A stretch of DNA of 64,000 nucleotides from a candidate division FCPU426 bacterium (lineage in GTDB: Bacteria; Oederibacteriota; Muellerivitia; Muellerivitales; Muellerivitaceae). The stretch spans positions 32,001 through 96,000 of the forward strand of contig CAVYSE010000011.1 of assembly GCA_963771075.1 (NCBI GenBank), in the 5' to 3' direction. The notes below the pieces were generated by a model that was not told where the DNA came from, made no database searches, and worked only from the letters and a program-made list of their open reading frames with translations. The position numbers and the translations under genes were made by a program. Numbering within the stretch: the first letter of the stretch is position 1; each line of letters opens with the position of its first letter. Positions 20,451 through 30,463 of the stretch are shown here, piece after piece.

Positions 20451-21899
20451 CTAAGGTTGAGGGGGAGAAGCCTCGTCCTTCTTGGCTTCCGGCGCGGGCG
20501 CGGGCGGGGTGGAATCCGCCGGGGCGGGCGCGGCGGGAGCTTCAGGATCGTTCCCATTGACCTTGGGTTTGGGGTTTCGCGGGGGCCTTTTGCGGGCGAC
20601 ATGAAGGTGCTGGGTTTCCTCGTTGAAATGGAAGAGGTTCCCGAACTGGGACCAATGCACGAAGGTCTCAAAGGTCTTGTCGTAATTCTCGGCGGGCAGG
20701 TTGAGGATGATGATTTCCTTCACCACGTCCGCGTCCAGCCCCTTTCGGGGATGCTTGGCCAGTATGTCGTTCACCTGCCGGAACAAGCCCAGCTTCAAGA
20801 TTTGATCCTTCCAGATGTTCTGGCGCTCCGAGGCCTTGGCCTTGACGAACCTTTGCCCCTCGGCGGTCAAGACCACGTTTCGCTTGGGGGTGTCGACAAA
20901 ATCCAAAAGCTCGGCGGCCTTGGCCACCGTCATGACCGAGCCGAAATCCTTCTCGGTCTCGCTGGCGATTTTGAACAGGTCTTCCTTGCCGCCGCGGGCG
21001 TCCAGGTATTCCAGCATTCCCACGATCCCGATGGCCGGTGTGTCGGGAAGGGGTTCCACCGGGACGGGCTGGTTGGGCGCCAGCACGGGTTCAGGGGCGT
21101 CAGCCATCTCATGACCCATGATGATGTCGTGCAGTTGGTCCACCATCTTGAGAAATTCGGCCGAGCGGTAGTCCCGGGGACGGGGGAGGGGGTTCTCGAT
21201 CACCTTCACCAAGTGGCCGGGGTTGGTGCCCAGCACGATGATGCGGTCGGCCATGTACACCACCTCGGGGATATCGTGGCTGACCATGAGGATGGAGGAG
21301 GGGTTCTTGTCCTGGGCGGACCAGATGTCGATGACTTCCGCCCTCAAGGACTCCGCCGTCAGGGCGTCCACGTGGCTGAAGGGCTCGTCCATGAAGAGGA
21401 TTTCCGGGTCCACGGCCAGGCCCCGGGCCATGCCCACGCGCTGTTTCATGCCGCCGGAAAGCTCCCGGGGATAGGTTTCCTCGAAACCCGACAAGCCCAC
21501 CATTTGGATGGCCTTTTGGGCCCTATCCTCGATTTCATTTTCAGGGAACCCCCGCGATTTCAGGGCGGTCTGGATGTTCTCGGCCACCGTCATCCAGGGG
21601 AAGAGGGCGAAACTTTGGAAAACGATGGAAACACCCGTGTTCACGCCCAAGAGGGGCTTGTCGTGGTAAAGCACCTCGCCCTTGGTAGGGGCGATCAGAC
21701 CGGCCAGAATGCGCAGAAGCGTGGATTTGCCGCAGCCCGAGGGGCCCAGGAAAGCCACGACTTCCCGGCTGTCGATGGAAAGGCTGATGTCCTTGAGGGC
21801 CTCAAAGGACTTGCCGTTGGGGAGGTTGAAATCTTCCGAGACGTTCTTGAGTTCGATGAGTTTTTGTTTCGCCGCCACTTCCGCCGTGTTCACCGACAT
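20451..21899 (-). CDS. NitT/TauT-family ABC transporter ATP-binding protein with C-terminal associated domain
   Basis: [30 protein letters not shown]; long C-terminal domain (LLDFVDTP...WSQFGNLF) and a Pro/Ala tail. Confidence 0.92.
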   Translation of the reverse strand: MSVNTAEVAAKQKLIELKNVSEDFNLPNGKSFEALKDISLSIDSREVVAFLGPSGCGKSTLLRILAGLIAPTKGEVLYHDKPLLGVNTGVSIVFQSFALFPWMTVAENIQTALKSRGFPENEIEDRAQKAIQMVGLSGFEETYPRELSGGMKQRVGMARGLAVDPEILFMDEPFSHVDALTAESLRAEVIDIWSAQDKNPSSILMVSHDIPEVVYMADRIIVLGTNPGHLVKVIENPLPRPRDYRSAEFLKMVDQLHDIIMGHEMADAPEPVLAPNQPVPVEPLPDTPAIGIVGMLEYLDARGGKEDLFKIASETEKDFGSVMTVAKAAELLDFVDTPKRNVVLTAEGQRFVKAKASERQNIWKDQILKLGLFRQVNDILAKHPRKGLDADVVKEIIILNLPAENYDKTFETFVHWSQFGNLFHFNEETQHLHVARKRPPRNPKPKVNGNDPEAPAAPAPADSTPPAPAPEAKKDEASPPQP

Positions 21900-21946
21900 A
21901 AAAACCTCCAGAAAACTTGAATATCCAAGCCCCTGACAAATCTTTT

Positions 21947-22027
21947 ACCGCGAAGGCGCGAAAAACGCGAAGAAAAAACCGTATGGATCCCCATTAAATA
22001 ATTCTTTTCCTTCGCGTCTTCGCGGTT
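21947..22027. repeat. Inverted-repeat element of the CGCGAAG family inside the ABC operon
   Basis: ACCGCGAAGGCGCGAAAAACGCGAAG ... CTTCGCGTCTTCGCGGTT. Confidence 0.75.
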
Positions 22028-22040
22028 CCAAAGCTGATTA

Positions 22041-23859
22041 TTACTTACTAAGCGAGTATTTCTCCTCGGCCAGGCGGTACAGTCTCTTCCACACCAACCG
22101 ATTGAAGATCACCACCATGATGGACATCACGACCACGCTGGCCGCTAGCATGGGAAAATCGGCTGCGGCCGCTGAAATGCTGATCTGGGACCCCAACCCG
22201 AAGGCCGTCAGGGTGTTACCCTTGTCGGTCACGTACTCGGCCACGATGCTGGAGTTCCAGGTGCCCCCGGCGGAAGTGACCATACCGGTTACCAGGTAGG
22301 GGAAGATCCCCGGTAAATGCACCTTCCAGAAAAGGTCCCAGCCCTTGATGCCGTTCATCCGGGCCGCTTCCAGGAGGTCGGAGGGGATGGCCGAGGCCCC
22401 GGCGATCACATTGAAGAGGATATACCACTGGGCGCCCAGGAGCATCAGGGCGATGGCGCCCCAATTCAAGCCGATCCCCGCCATCTTCATGAGGATGATG
22501 GCGAAAGCGAAGAGCATGGGGGCGGGAAAGGAGGCGGCAACCTGGACGAAGGGTTGGGAGACACGGGAAAGACGGGGTGAAAGACCGATCCAAAGCCCCA
22601 CCGGAATGGTCCAGAGGGCCGAGAGAAAGACGGCGGTCAGGACCCGCGCCAGGGTTGCACCGGCCTCCCGGATGATTAAAAACCATTTATCCAGGGTGAG
22701 ATGGGAAAAAAGCTCCAGGATTTTCCAGGCGCCGAAAACCATGGCGGAAACCAGGGCGATGAAGCAGAGGATGGAAACGAGCTTGAGCGGCCACTTGGAC
22801 GCCACGGGCTTGATCAGGCGCGCGTCGGCGGGCGGCATGGCCATCACGGTGCCGGCCGGCGTCAGGCGGGGTTTGGGGGTGAAGAGCTTTTCAAAGAAGC
22901 GCAAAATCTGGGATTGGTTAAGGAAGTCCAAAAACCAGGAACTGCATATTCTCCTCGGCTCCTCCCTCTTCCACGCGGAATTTCTGCCCCCACACCACCA
23001 GGGGGCGCCAGAGGAACTGGTCCAAAAAGACGATCATGAGGACCATGGCCACCACGCCCCAAAATCTCGCCACGCCGTCACCCTTGTCGTTGGCCACGCT
23101 CATGTAGGAACCCAGGCCGGGCAGGCGGAAGTCCTTGTCGCCCAGCTGGAAGGCTTCGGTGACCGTGAGGAAGAACCATCCGCCGGCCATGCTCATCATG
23201 CTGTTCCAGATCAAGCCGATGGCGGAAAAAGGAATCTCCAGTTTGACGGCTTTCGTGAACCAGTTGAAACGGTAGACCTCCGCCGCCTCGATCAGGTATT
23301 GGGGGATGGAGCGGAGGGATTGGTAAAAGCTGAAGGTCATGTTCCAGACCTGGCCCGTGAAGATCATGATGACGCAGGCCAGTTCCAGACCCATGTTGTT
23401 GTTGGGGAAAATGGCCACGAGGGCCAGCACCAGGCCTGGCAGGAATCCCAATACCGGGATGCTTTGCAGGATGTCCAAAAGGGGGATCAGCACCTTCTCG
23501 GCGATGTGGTCCTTGGCGGCCCAGTAGCCGTAGGCAAGGGTGAAAAGAAGGGATAGCACATAGGCCAGCATGCCGCGGCAGAGGGTAAAAAATGTGTACT
23601 TCGGCAAAGCCCAGGGGGAAAGATCGATTTCCACCTTGGCGGTATGCACGCCGGTCCATTCATGGGAGACGGACAGGATGCCGAAGATCAGTCCGATAAG
23701 TCCCAGGAGGAGGGAGATATCCACCCACCAGAGTTTCTGGTAGCGGGTAATGAAAGAAGTGGCTTGACCCCAAATGTTCTTGAACTCAATTTTCTTCGTT
23801 TCAGCCAAGGTGACACTCCACTTGGATGGGGTCCATCGCGGGGAAATCATAGGTCCCAT
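22041..23859 (-). CDS. NitT/TauT-family ABC permease with duplicated membrane domain; frameshift near 22930
   Basis: LDILQSIPVLGFLP, IWNSMMSMAGGWFFL, ASFPAPMLF, LGAQWYILFNVIAGA, two EAA loops. Confidence 0.9.
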
Positions 23860-24020
23860 CCCGTCATTGAAGGAAGGGAAAAAAGCGAATTTTCTGTCTT
23901 CCCCAAGTGAATTTACTTCCCGTTAACCGGTTTAAAAAAGTAGAAGGATTCTTCCCTCTGGTCTTTGGGCGGGGACGCTGAGAAAATGGCTTTTCCCAAA
24001 TCGGGAAAAGGAAAACCCTT

Positions 24021-24893
24021 ATGAGACATATTGGACGTTGGGCCCTATTGGCGGTACTACTTGGGACGGGGGCCCTCAGCGCTACGGAGGAAAAGGATCC
24101 GCTTGAGAAAACCCTGGGGCCTATTACCCAGACAAAGGGGGATGTCCGTTTTTGGGCCATCCCGCGCACCGATTTGAACGTGCTGGTGGGCGGGACTCCC
24201 TTGGAACCCGGCATGGGTTTGGACAACCGCTTTGAGATTATCCCGAAAGAAAAAGGCCTTCATTTAAAAGCGCGGTTAGTGCTGATGGACGGGGAAATCC
24301 AGAAGATTTTGGGTTTGCTCGCCCGCCGCCATTGGAAAGTGGAGGGTTTGTCCCATTGGTTGGCGGGGGAATCCCCCTCCCTGAAGGTGCTTTCCTTCGA
24401 GTCCTCGGGCCCTTCCTTCCTGTTGGCGGACGGAATCCAGGAGATATGGACGGCCTTGAGTTTATCCCCGGTTTCCCCTACGCCCGTTCCGACGGCGTCA
24501 CCTGAAGGAGCCTTTCAAAAACAAGCCGATTCCCTTCTGTGGCCGGGGCAATGGAAGGGCCGGGTCCTATGCCTGAAATTGGAGGCGTCCGGGAACACAC
24601 TGGAAGCTGGGGCGCAGGCGGTTAATCCCCAGGGCGCCCTTTATCTGCAGGAAACGACCGAGGGAGCGCTGGTCTTGGGGGACCTGCTTCTCCCATCCGA
24701 CCTGGCCGAGAAACTTTATCCTACCCTGGTGGATAACCAGTTGGAGCTATGTTCCTGGGTACGGGAGCCATCCTCAGGAGGTGAAACCTGGAGCCGAATA
24801 GGGTTTTTGGGCAGGGGGGACCTGGAAGGCTTGGCCGAGGGATTGAACGCCCTGAAGACCCAATGGAAGGCTCTTTATAACCCCGATGAATAA
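24021..24893 (+). CDS. Secreted DUF1259 (LppY/LpqO)-like protein, divergent
   Basis: Signal peptide; IPRTDLNVLVGG..LEPGMGL, HWLAGESPSL and a second repeat with ALVLGDLLL. Confidence 0.6.
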   Translation: MRHIGRWALLAVLLGTGALSATEEKDPLEKTLGPITQTKGDVRFWAIPRTDLNVLVGGTPLEPGMGLDNRFEIIPKEKGLHLKARLVLMDGEIQKILGLLARRHWKVEGLSHWLAGESPSLKVLSFESSGPSFLLADGIQEIWTALSLSPVSPTPVPTASPEGAFQKQADSLLWPGQWKGRVLCLKLEASGNTLEAGAQAVNPQGALYLQETTEGALVLGDLLLPSDLAEKLYPTLVDNQLELCSWVREPSSGGETWSRIGFLGRGDLEGLAEGLNALKTQWKALYNPDE

Positions 24894-24977
24894 AGGGGTA
24901 TGGGTTTCCGGCGTGAAGGTTCATAGAATATTTTTCGAAGTTGAATTCGACCCTTGAAAGGGTTCGGGAGGCGTCAC

Positions 24978-26405
24978 ATGCCGGCGGGAAATGAGACGAA
25001 TGGGGCGGATTTCGGGGTTTTGGGGATCGGGGTTATGGGGTCCAACCTGGCCATGAACGTGGAAGACCACGGCTTCACGGTGGCAGTGGTGAACCCGGTG
25101 GGAGACCTGGTGACGCCATTCATGAAAAAGAACGAAGGCAAGAGATTCATCGGCACCCAAAGCCTGGATGAGTTCGTGAAGGCCCTCAAAAGGCCAAGGG
25201 CCATTCTTCTCATGGTTCCGGCGGGCGACCCGGTGGACCAGTGCATCCAGTCCCTCAAACCCTTGCTTTCAACAGGCGACATATTGATTGATGGGGGTAA
25301 TTCCTGGTTCAAGGATACCCAGCGGCGGGAGGCCGAGCTGGTGAAAGATGGACTCTATTTCTTCGGCTCGGGCGTTTCGGGCGGTGAGGAGGGAGCCCGA
25401 TTCGGACCTTCACTCATGCCCGGCGGGGACCCGAAAGCCTACGGCTTCGTGAAGCCCATCTTCGAAGCCATCGCGGCCAAAACATCCTCGGGCCCCTGCG
25501 TGACCCACGTGGGACCCGACGGGGCTGGCCATTTCGTGAAGATGGTCCATAACGGGATCGAGTACGGCGACATGCAGCTGATCGCCGAGGCCTATGACCT
25601 TCTTCGCAAGGGATTGAAGCTGACGGCCGGGGAAATCTCCCTGGTTTTCGCCGAGTGGAACAAGGGAAAATTGGATTCTTTTCTCATCGAGCTGACGGCA
25701 AAGGTTTTGGGGGTCAAGGACGCCGAAACCGGCAAGCCCCTGGTGGACCTGGTGCTGGACAAGGCGGGCCAAAAGGGCACGGGCAAATGGACGGCCCAGG
25801 TCGCGCTCGACCTGGGAGTGGCCATTCCCACCATCGCCGCCGCCATTGACGCTCGCAACTTGTCCGCCCTGAAGGAAGAAAGGGTGGAGGCCTCCCTTCG
25901 TTTTTCAGGGGCCGAAATGACGCTGACCTCGGGAGAAAGGGAAGGGTTCATCGAAGCGGTCCGGGACGCCCTTTATGATTCCAAAATCTGTTCCTACACC
26001 CAGGGCTTGAGGCTGATCCAGGCGGGATCCCGGCAATATCATTGGGATATTTCCCTCCGGGAAATGGCCCGTATTTGGAAAGGCGGTTGTATCATCCGCG
26101 CGAAATTACTGGATGAAATCATGTCCGCCTATGACCGCAACCCGGTTTTGGCTTCCCTCTTGTTGGATGAGGGGTTCAAGAAACAGTTGGAAAGCACCCA
26201 GACCGCCTGGCGCCGGGTTGTGGCCTCCGCGGCCCGCATCGGGGTGCCGGTGCCGGCCATGGGCGCAAGTCTGGCTTACTTCGATAGTTACCGTTCCGCT
26301 CAATTGCCCCAGAACCTGACCCAGGCCCAAAGGGACGCCTTTGGGGCGCACACCTATCAGCGCGCCGACCATCCCGAAAGGGGTTTTTTGCACACCGAGT
26401 GGTGA
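24978..26405 (+). CDS. gnd: 6-phosphogluconate dehydrogenase, decarboxylating, NADP-dependent
   Basis: GIGVMGSNLAMN, IDGGNS, VSGGEEGAR, HFVKMVHNGIEYGDMQLI, QKGTGKWT, QAQRDAFGAHTY. Confidence 0.97.
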   Translation: MPAGNETNGADFGVLGIGVMGSNLAMNVEDHGFTVAVVNPVGDLVTPFMKKNEGKRFIGTQSLDEFVKALKRPRAILLMVPAGDPVDQCIQSLKPLLSTGDILIDGGNSWFKDTQRREAELVKDGLYFFGSGVSGGEEGARFGPSLMPGGDPKAYGFVKPIFEAIAAKTSSGPCVTHVGPDGAGHFVKMVHNGIEYGDMQLIAEAYDLLRKGLKLTAGEISLVFAEWNKGKLDSFLIELTAKVLGVKDAETGKPLVDLVLDKAGQKGTGKWTAQVALDLGVAIPTIAAAIDARNLSALKEERVEASLRFSGAEMTLTSGEREGFIEAVRDALYDSKICSYTQGLRLIQAGSRQYHWDISLREMARIWKGGCIIRAKLLDEIMSAYDRNPVLASLLLDEGFKKQLESTQTAWRRVVASAARIGVPVPAMGASLAYFDSYRSAQLPQNLTQAQRDAFGAHTYQRADHPERGFLHTEW

Positions 26406-26410
26406 GAAGG

Positions 26411-26442
26411 CAGTCGACAGTCCACAGCTGGCGGTCGACAGT
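26411..26442 (+). repeat. Heptamer tandem repeat (CAGTCGA family)
   Basis: CAGTCGA CAGTCCA CAGCTGG CGGTCGA CAGT. Confidence 0.7.
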
Positions 26443-26519
26443 ATTGACCCATTGAAACTAATGAATGAATCGCGACGTCTAATAATTAGCGGCAAAGATA
26501 AATTCCGAGGGGAGAAAAC

Positions 26520-27092
26520 ATGAATCTAAAGACATTGTTTTTGGGCTCGGTGTTGTTGATCGCGGGGTCGGTTTCGGCGCAGACTTTCAACTTAGGCCTG
26601 GAAGCGGGGGCGAATTTCTCCAACTTCCTGGGAAGTGATGCCGGTTCCCTTGCGGGTAACGGGGTGGCGTTCAGCGCCGACAAATTGGGTTTTGTAGGGG
26701 GTGGGTTTCTTCAGCTGAATTTCGGCGATATGTTCTCCCTTCGTCCTGAGCTGCTATACGAGCAAAAGGGAAACCAAATATCCGGGACTCAATCCAGCGT
26801 GGAATTGGATTACGTGGAGATCCCGGTGCTCGTGAAGGTATCGACCGGCCTCCCGGTCGTGAATCCAGCCATCCTGCTGGGGCCCGCCTTTGCCTGGAAC
26901 ACGTTGGCATCGGGCCTTCCCAACGGCGGGTCTGTTAACAGCTCGGATATCGGCCTGATGGCGGGTTTAGAATTCGACCTTGGCAAAATATTGGTGAGCG
27001 GACGCTATGAATTGGGCTTGGAGAACGTTCAAAGCAACACCAACGTCCAAAACGGAACCTTCACCCTATTGGCAGGTTATGAGTTCATGTGA
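26520..27092 (+). CDS. Outer-membrane beta-barrel (porin family) protein
   Basis: Signal peptide ending VSA-Q; GLEAGANFS, LRPELLYEQKG, LDYVEIPVLVK, terminal GYEF strand. Confidence 0.85.
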   Translation: MNLKTLFLGSVLLIAGSVSAQTFNLGLEAGANFSNFLGSDAGSLAGNGVAFSADKLGFVGGGFLQLNFGDMFSLRPELLYEQKGNQISGTQSSVELDYVEIPVLVKVSTGLPVVNPAILLGPAFAWNTLASGLPNGGSVNSSDIGLMAGLEFDLGKILVSGRYELGLENVQSNTNVQNGTFTLLAGYEFM

Positions 27093-27220
27093 TGCCCATT
27101 CGAGGTTATCAAAGGCTCGATCCTCCGGGTCTTGTTGTTTTCTTGGTTATCTTCCTTCGAGAGACTTTATCCTTTCAGATCATTTTTCCCTTAAACACCC
27201 CTAGAGTTCGGGGTTTCACA

Positions 27221-27250
27221 TTGATTCCAACTTGCCAACCTTCCTATAAT
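27221..27250 (+). promoter_or_regulatory. Putative sigma70 promoter of the nuo operon
   Basis: TTGATT-18 nt-TATAAT, 44 nt upstream of nuoA. Confidence 0.5.
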
Positions 27251-27293
27251 TCAAATTCTTCAGGGTGAACTTTGTATCAAAAAGGGGGAGTTC

Positions 27294-27672
27294 ATGACGA
27301 TGACGCTCATTGATAATCTTTTTCCCCTGGTTTTGGCCCTGCTCCTCGCGCTTTTGGTCCCAACGGGCATGATCCTTTCCAACCGGCTATTAGCACCCAG
27401 CCGGTCCAACGACAAGAAACTTTCCATCTACGAATGCGGTATTCAACCCCAAGGCCAAGTGGGGGATTCCCGCACCCATGTGAACGTAAAGTTTTACCTG
27501 ATGGCCATGTGTTTCCTGGTCTTTGACGTGGAAGTGATCTTTCTTCTTCCTTGGGCGGTGGTCTTTCAAAAGATGGCTTGGGCGGGTTTCGGGGCCCTGG
27601 TGGGGTTTTCTGGGTGTCCTGGGCATTGGCTGGTATTACCTCCTGAAAAGGGGGGCCTTGGATTGGGAATAG
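27294..27672 (+). CDS. nuoA: NADH-quinone oxidoreductase subunit A (one extra base near 27607)
   Basis: [31 protein letters not shown]; the shifted frame gives [18 protein letters not shown] at 27670-27672. Confidence 0.92.
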
Positions 27673-28166
27673 AGAACTTTCCGGTCATCACCACCCGATT
27701 GGAGGCGGTCCAGGCTTGGGGGCGCCAGAATTCACTTTGGCCCCTGGCTTTCGGCACCGCTTGTTGCGCCATCGAGTTCATGAGCGTGGCCGCCTCGGTA
27801 TTTGACCTCTCCCGTTTCGGGGCGGAGCTGATCCGATTTTCCCCCCGCCAGTCGGACCTCCTTCTGGTGGCGGGAACCGTTACCTTCAAGCAAGCTCCCA
27901 TTCTCCGCCAGGTTTGGGAACAGATGCCCGACCCCAAGTGGGTCATTTCGATGGGGGTTTGCGCCTCCTCCGGCGGGTTCTACAACAATTACTGCACGGT
28001 GCAGGGGATCGACCAGGTTGTGCCGGTGGACGTTTACATATCCGGATGTCCTCCCCGGCCCGAGGCCATCCTGGAGGCGGTGATGAAGATCCAACACAAG
28101 ATCTCCAACCCCCGTACCACCCCCGCTTCCCAATTTCAGGTGAAAGAGCCGCATTTCGATTATTGA
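27663..28166 (+). CDS. nuoB: NADH-quinone oxidoreductase subunit B
   Basis: [44 protein letters not shown]; probable TTG start giving MGIENF. Confidence 0.95.
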   Translation: MGIENFPVITTRLEAVQAWGRQNSLWPLAFGTACCAIEFMSVAASVFDLSRFGAELIRFSPRQSDLLLVAGTVTFKQAPILRQVWEQMPDPKWVISMGVCASSGGFYNNYCTVQGIDQVVPVDVYISGCPPRPEAILEAVMKIQHKISNPRTTPASQFQVKEPHFDY

Positions 28167-28209
28167 CCCGGACGCGGAAAGCGTTTCGGGATACCGCGGC
28201 AAGGAATCC

Positions 28210-28749
28210 ATGGAAGCATCTCGAATCGTTGAAAAATTAAGGGAGTCTTTTCCGGAGGCCGTGAAGGCCACCTTGGACCGCTACGGCCAAACCGAGGTGG
28301 AAGTTGAAATTTCCCTCCTGGGCGGAATATTGGCTTGGCTCAGGGACACGCCCGGCATGGAGTTCGGCATGCTGGTGGACCTGGTTGCAATCGATTATTC
28401 CACCTACGCCAGGTGGAAAGGCCCCCGATTCGGGCTGGTCTACCTGTTAAAGTCCCTGACCCAGGGTCACCGCCTTCAATTGAAAGCCTACCTGAAAGAG
28501 GAAAACCCCGTGGCCCCCACGGCCACTGGTTTTTGGGCCAACGCCAATCACCTCGAAAGGGAAGCTTTTGACCAGATGGGCATTCGTTTCACCGGGCATC
28601 CCAACCTGAAGCGGATCCTCAACCACCACGAGTTCGTGGGGCACCCTTTGAGGAAGGATTATCCCATCACGCGCCGCCAGTGGCTTTCCGCCAACCAATC
28701 CCTGATGGATGAGATGGAGGCCAGGCTTCAAGAAAGGGGCCTGAAATGA
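28210..28749 (+). CDS. nuoC: NADH-quinone oxidoreductase subunit C
   Basis: EREAFDQMGIRFTGHPNLKRIL, GHPLRKDYP. Confidence 0.95.
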   Translation: MEASRIVEKLRESFPEAVKATLDRYGQTEVEVEISLLGGILAWLRDTPGMEFGMLVDLVAIDYSTYARWKGPRFGLVYLLKSLTQGHRLQLKAYLKEENPVAPTATGFWANANHLEREAFDQMGIRFTGHPNLKRILNHHEFVGHPLRKDYPITRRQWLSANQSLMDEMEARLQERGLK

Positions 28750-29969
28750 AGGGAAATTCCCATACTTCCGCCCTGGGGCTGGAAATTATCCCTGGACCCG
28801 GTTCCCCCGATCTTCTTTTCGTCAACCTCGGCCCCAGCCATCCCGCCACCCATGGCGCCTTGCGGGTTTTGTGCGCCCTGGATGGGGAGACGATCAGGGC
28901 CGCCGTGGTCGAACAGGGTTACCTCCACCGTGGTTTCGAGAAGGATTGCGAGGCGCATACCTTCCAGCAGGTGATTCCCTACACCGACCGATTGAATTAT
29001 GTCTCGGCGATGATGAACAACGTCGGCTACTGCAAGGCCGTGGAAAGGATGTTGAGCCTTTCCATCCCGGAAAGGGCCGTGGCCCTGCGGGTCGTCATCT
29101 GCGAACTGAATCGGATCATCGACCATGTGGTTTGTGTGGGGGCCAACCTGGTGGACCTGGGGGCCCTGACTAACTTCTGGTATTTTTTCAATGTTCGGGA
29201 AAAGGTCTATGACATCCTGGAAAAACTCTGCGGGGCCCGGTTGACTTCCAGCTATACCCGCATTGGGGGGCTGATGCGGGATGTTTACCCCGAATTCGGG
29301 GATGAGGTGAAGAAGGTCTTGAAGGATGTGGAGGCCAGCCTCGCGGACGTGAAGGGGTTGATCGCCAAGAACCGCATTTTCCTGGACCGCACCAAGGATG
29401 TGTGCGTGATCAGCAAGGAGAGGGCCATCAGTTACGGTTTTACGGGGCCGACGCTTCGTGCTTGTGGGGTCGATTACGACCTGAGAAAGGCCGAACCTTA
29501 TTACGGATACGATCAGTACGATTTCGAAGTGCCGGTGGGGACCTCCGGGGACGTGTATGACCGAATCTTTGTCCGGCTTTACGAGGTGGAGGAGTCCATC
29601 CGCATCATTCTCCAGGCTTTGAAGAATATGCCGGAAGGACCGGTCATGAGCGATGACAAAAGGGTGGCCCTGCCGCCTAAGACCCAGACCTACGGCAATA
29701 TCGAGGGGTTGATGAACCACTTCAAGATCATCATGCACGGCATTTGCCCCGAACCCGGGGAAATGTACGATTCCACCGAGGCCGCCAACGGGGAGCTGGG
29801 TTTTACCATCATCTCCGACGGTGGAAAAAACCCCTACCGGGTGAAGTGCCGCCCTCCCTGCTTCATGAATTTCGCGGCTTTCGGGGAAATGATCGAAGGC
29901 TATATGGTCGCCGACGCCATCGCGAATTTGGGTTCCATCAACATCATCGCCGGGGAACTGGACCGATAA
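28746..29969 (+). CDS. nuoD: NADH-quinone oxidoreductase subunit D
   Basis: NLGPSHPATHGALR, GYLHRGFEK, EAANGELG, terminal GELDR. Confidence 0.96.
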   Translation: MKGNSHTSALGLEIIPGPGSPDLLFVNLGPSHPATHGALRVLCALDGETIRAAVVEQGYLHRGFEKDCEAHTFQQVIPYTDRLNYVSAMMNNVGYCKAVERMLSLSIPERAVALRVVICELNRIIDHVVCVGANLVDLGALTNFWYFFNVREKVYDILEKLCGARLTSSYTRIGGLMRDVYPEFGDEVKKVLKDVEASLADVKGLIAKNRIFLDRTKDVCVISKERAISYGFTGPTLRACGVDYDLRKAEPYYGYDQYDFEVPVGTSGDVYDRIFVRLYEVEESIRIILQALKNMPEGPVMSDDKRVALPPKTQTYGNIEGLMNHFKIIMHGICPEPGEMYDSTEAANGELGFTIISDGGKNPYRVKCRPPCFMNFAAFGEMIEGYMVADAIANLGSINIIAGELDR

Positions 29970-29971
29970 CC

Positions 29972-30463
29972 ATGAGCGTGACCTTTAAACCGGAAGCCCT
30001 GAAGGAGTTCGAGGATATCGCCTCCCACTATCCCGTGCGTCGGGCGGCACTTTTACCCGCCCTGTGGCTGGCCCAGCGGGAATTCGGCTGGCTTTCACCC
30101 GCTGTAATCGAAGCTACGGCCAAATTGGTAGGGGTGTCGCCGGCCCAGGCCCTGGAAGTGGCCGAGTTTTACACCATGTATTTCAAGAAAAAGCCGGGCA
30201 AATACCACCTGCAGGTTTGCCGGACCTTCGTGTGCATGATGAACGGGGCGGAGGACATTCGAAGGGTCATCGAGGAGAAGTTGAACCTGAAAGAGGGGGA
30301 AACCACCCCCGACGGGCAGTTCAGTTACCAAGACGTGGAATGCCTGGCCTCCTGCCACACCGGGCCTTGCATGAGGGTGAACGACGAGTACCACGAGAAT
30401 CTGACGCCGGAAGGCGTCACAAAACTGATCGACGAATTGAAAAAGGACTTGAAGGCATCATGA
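29972..30463 (+). CDS. nuoE: NADH-quinone oxidoreductase subunit E
   Basis: AALLPALWLAQ, FYTMY, QVCRTFVC, VECLASCHTGP (2Fe-2S ligands). Confidence 0.95.
   Translation: MSVTFKPEALKEFEDIASHYPVRRAALLPALWLAQREFGWLSPAVIEATAKLVGVSPAQALEVAEFYTMYFKKKPGKYHLQVCRTFVCMMNGAEDIRRVIEEKLNLKEGETTPDGQFSYQDVECLASCHTGPCMRVNDEYHENLTPEGVTKLIDELKKDLKAS

Noticed and set aside
20457..23556. Long antisense ORFs (20457-21920, 22345-23556; likewise 6108-6923, 14214-15434, 28728-29738, 48070-49110)
   Set aside because: Shadow frames of well-supported genes on the opposite strand, with no recognisable motifs
27294..28166. Apparent NuoA-NuoB fusion in the ORF track
   Set aside because: One extra T in GGGGTTTTC near 27607 explains it; the shifted frame gives the canonical NuoA end ([12 protein letters not shown]) and NuoB has its own probable TTG start
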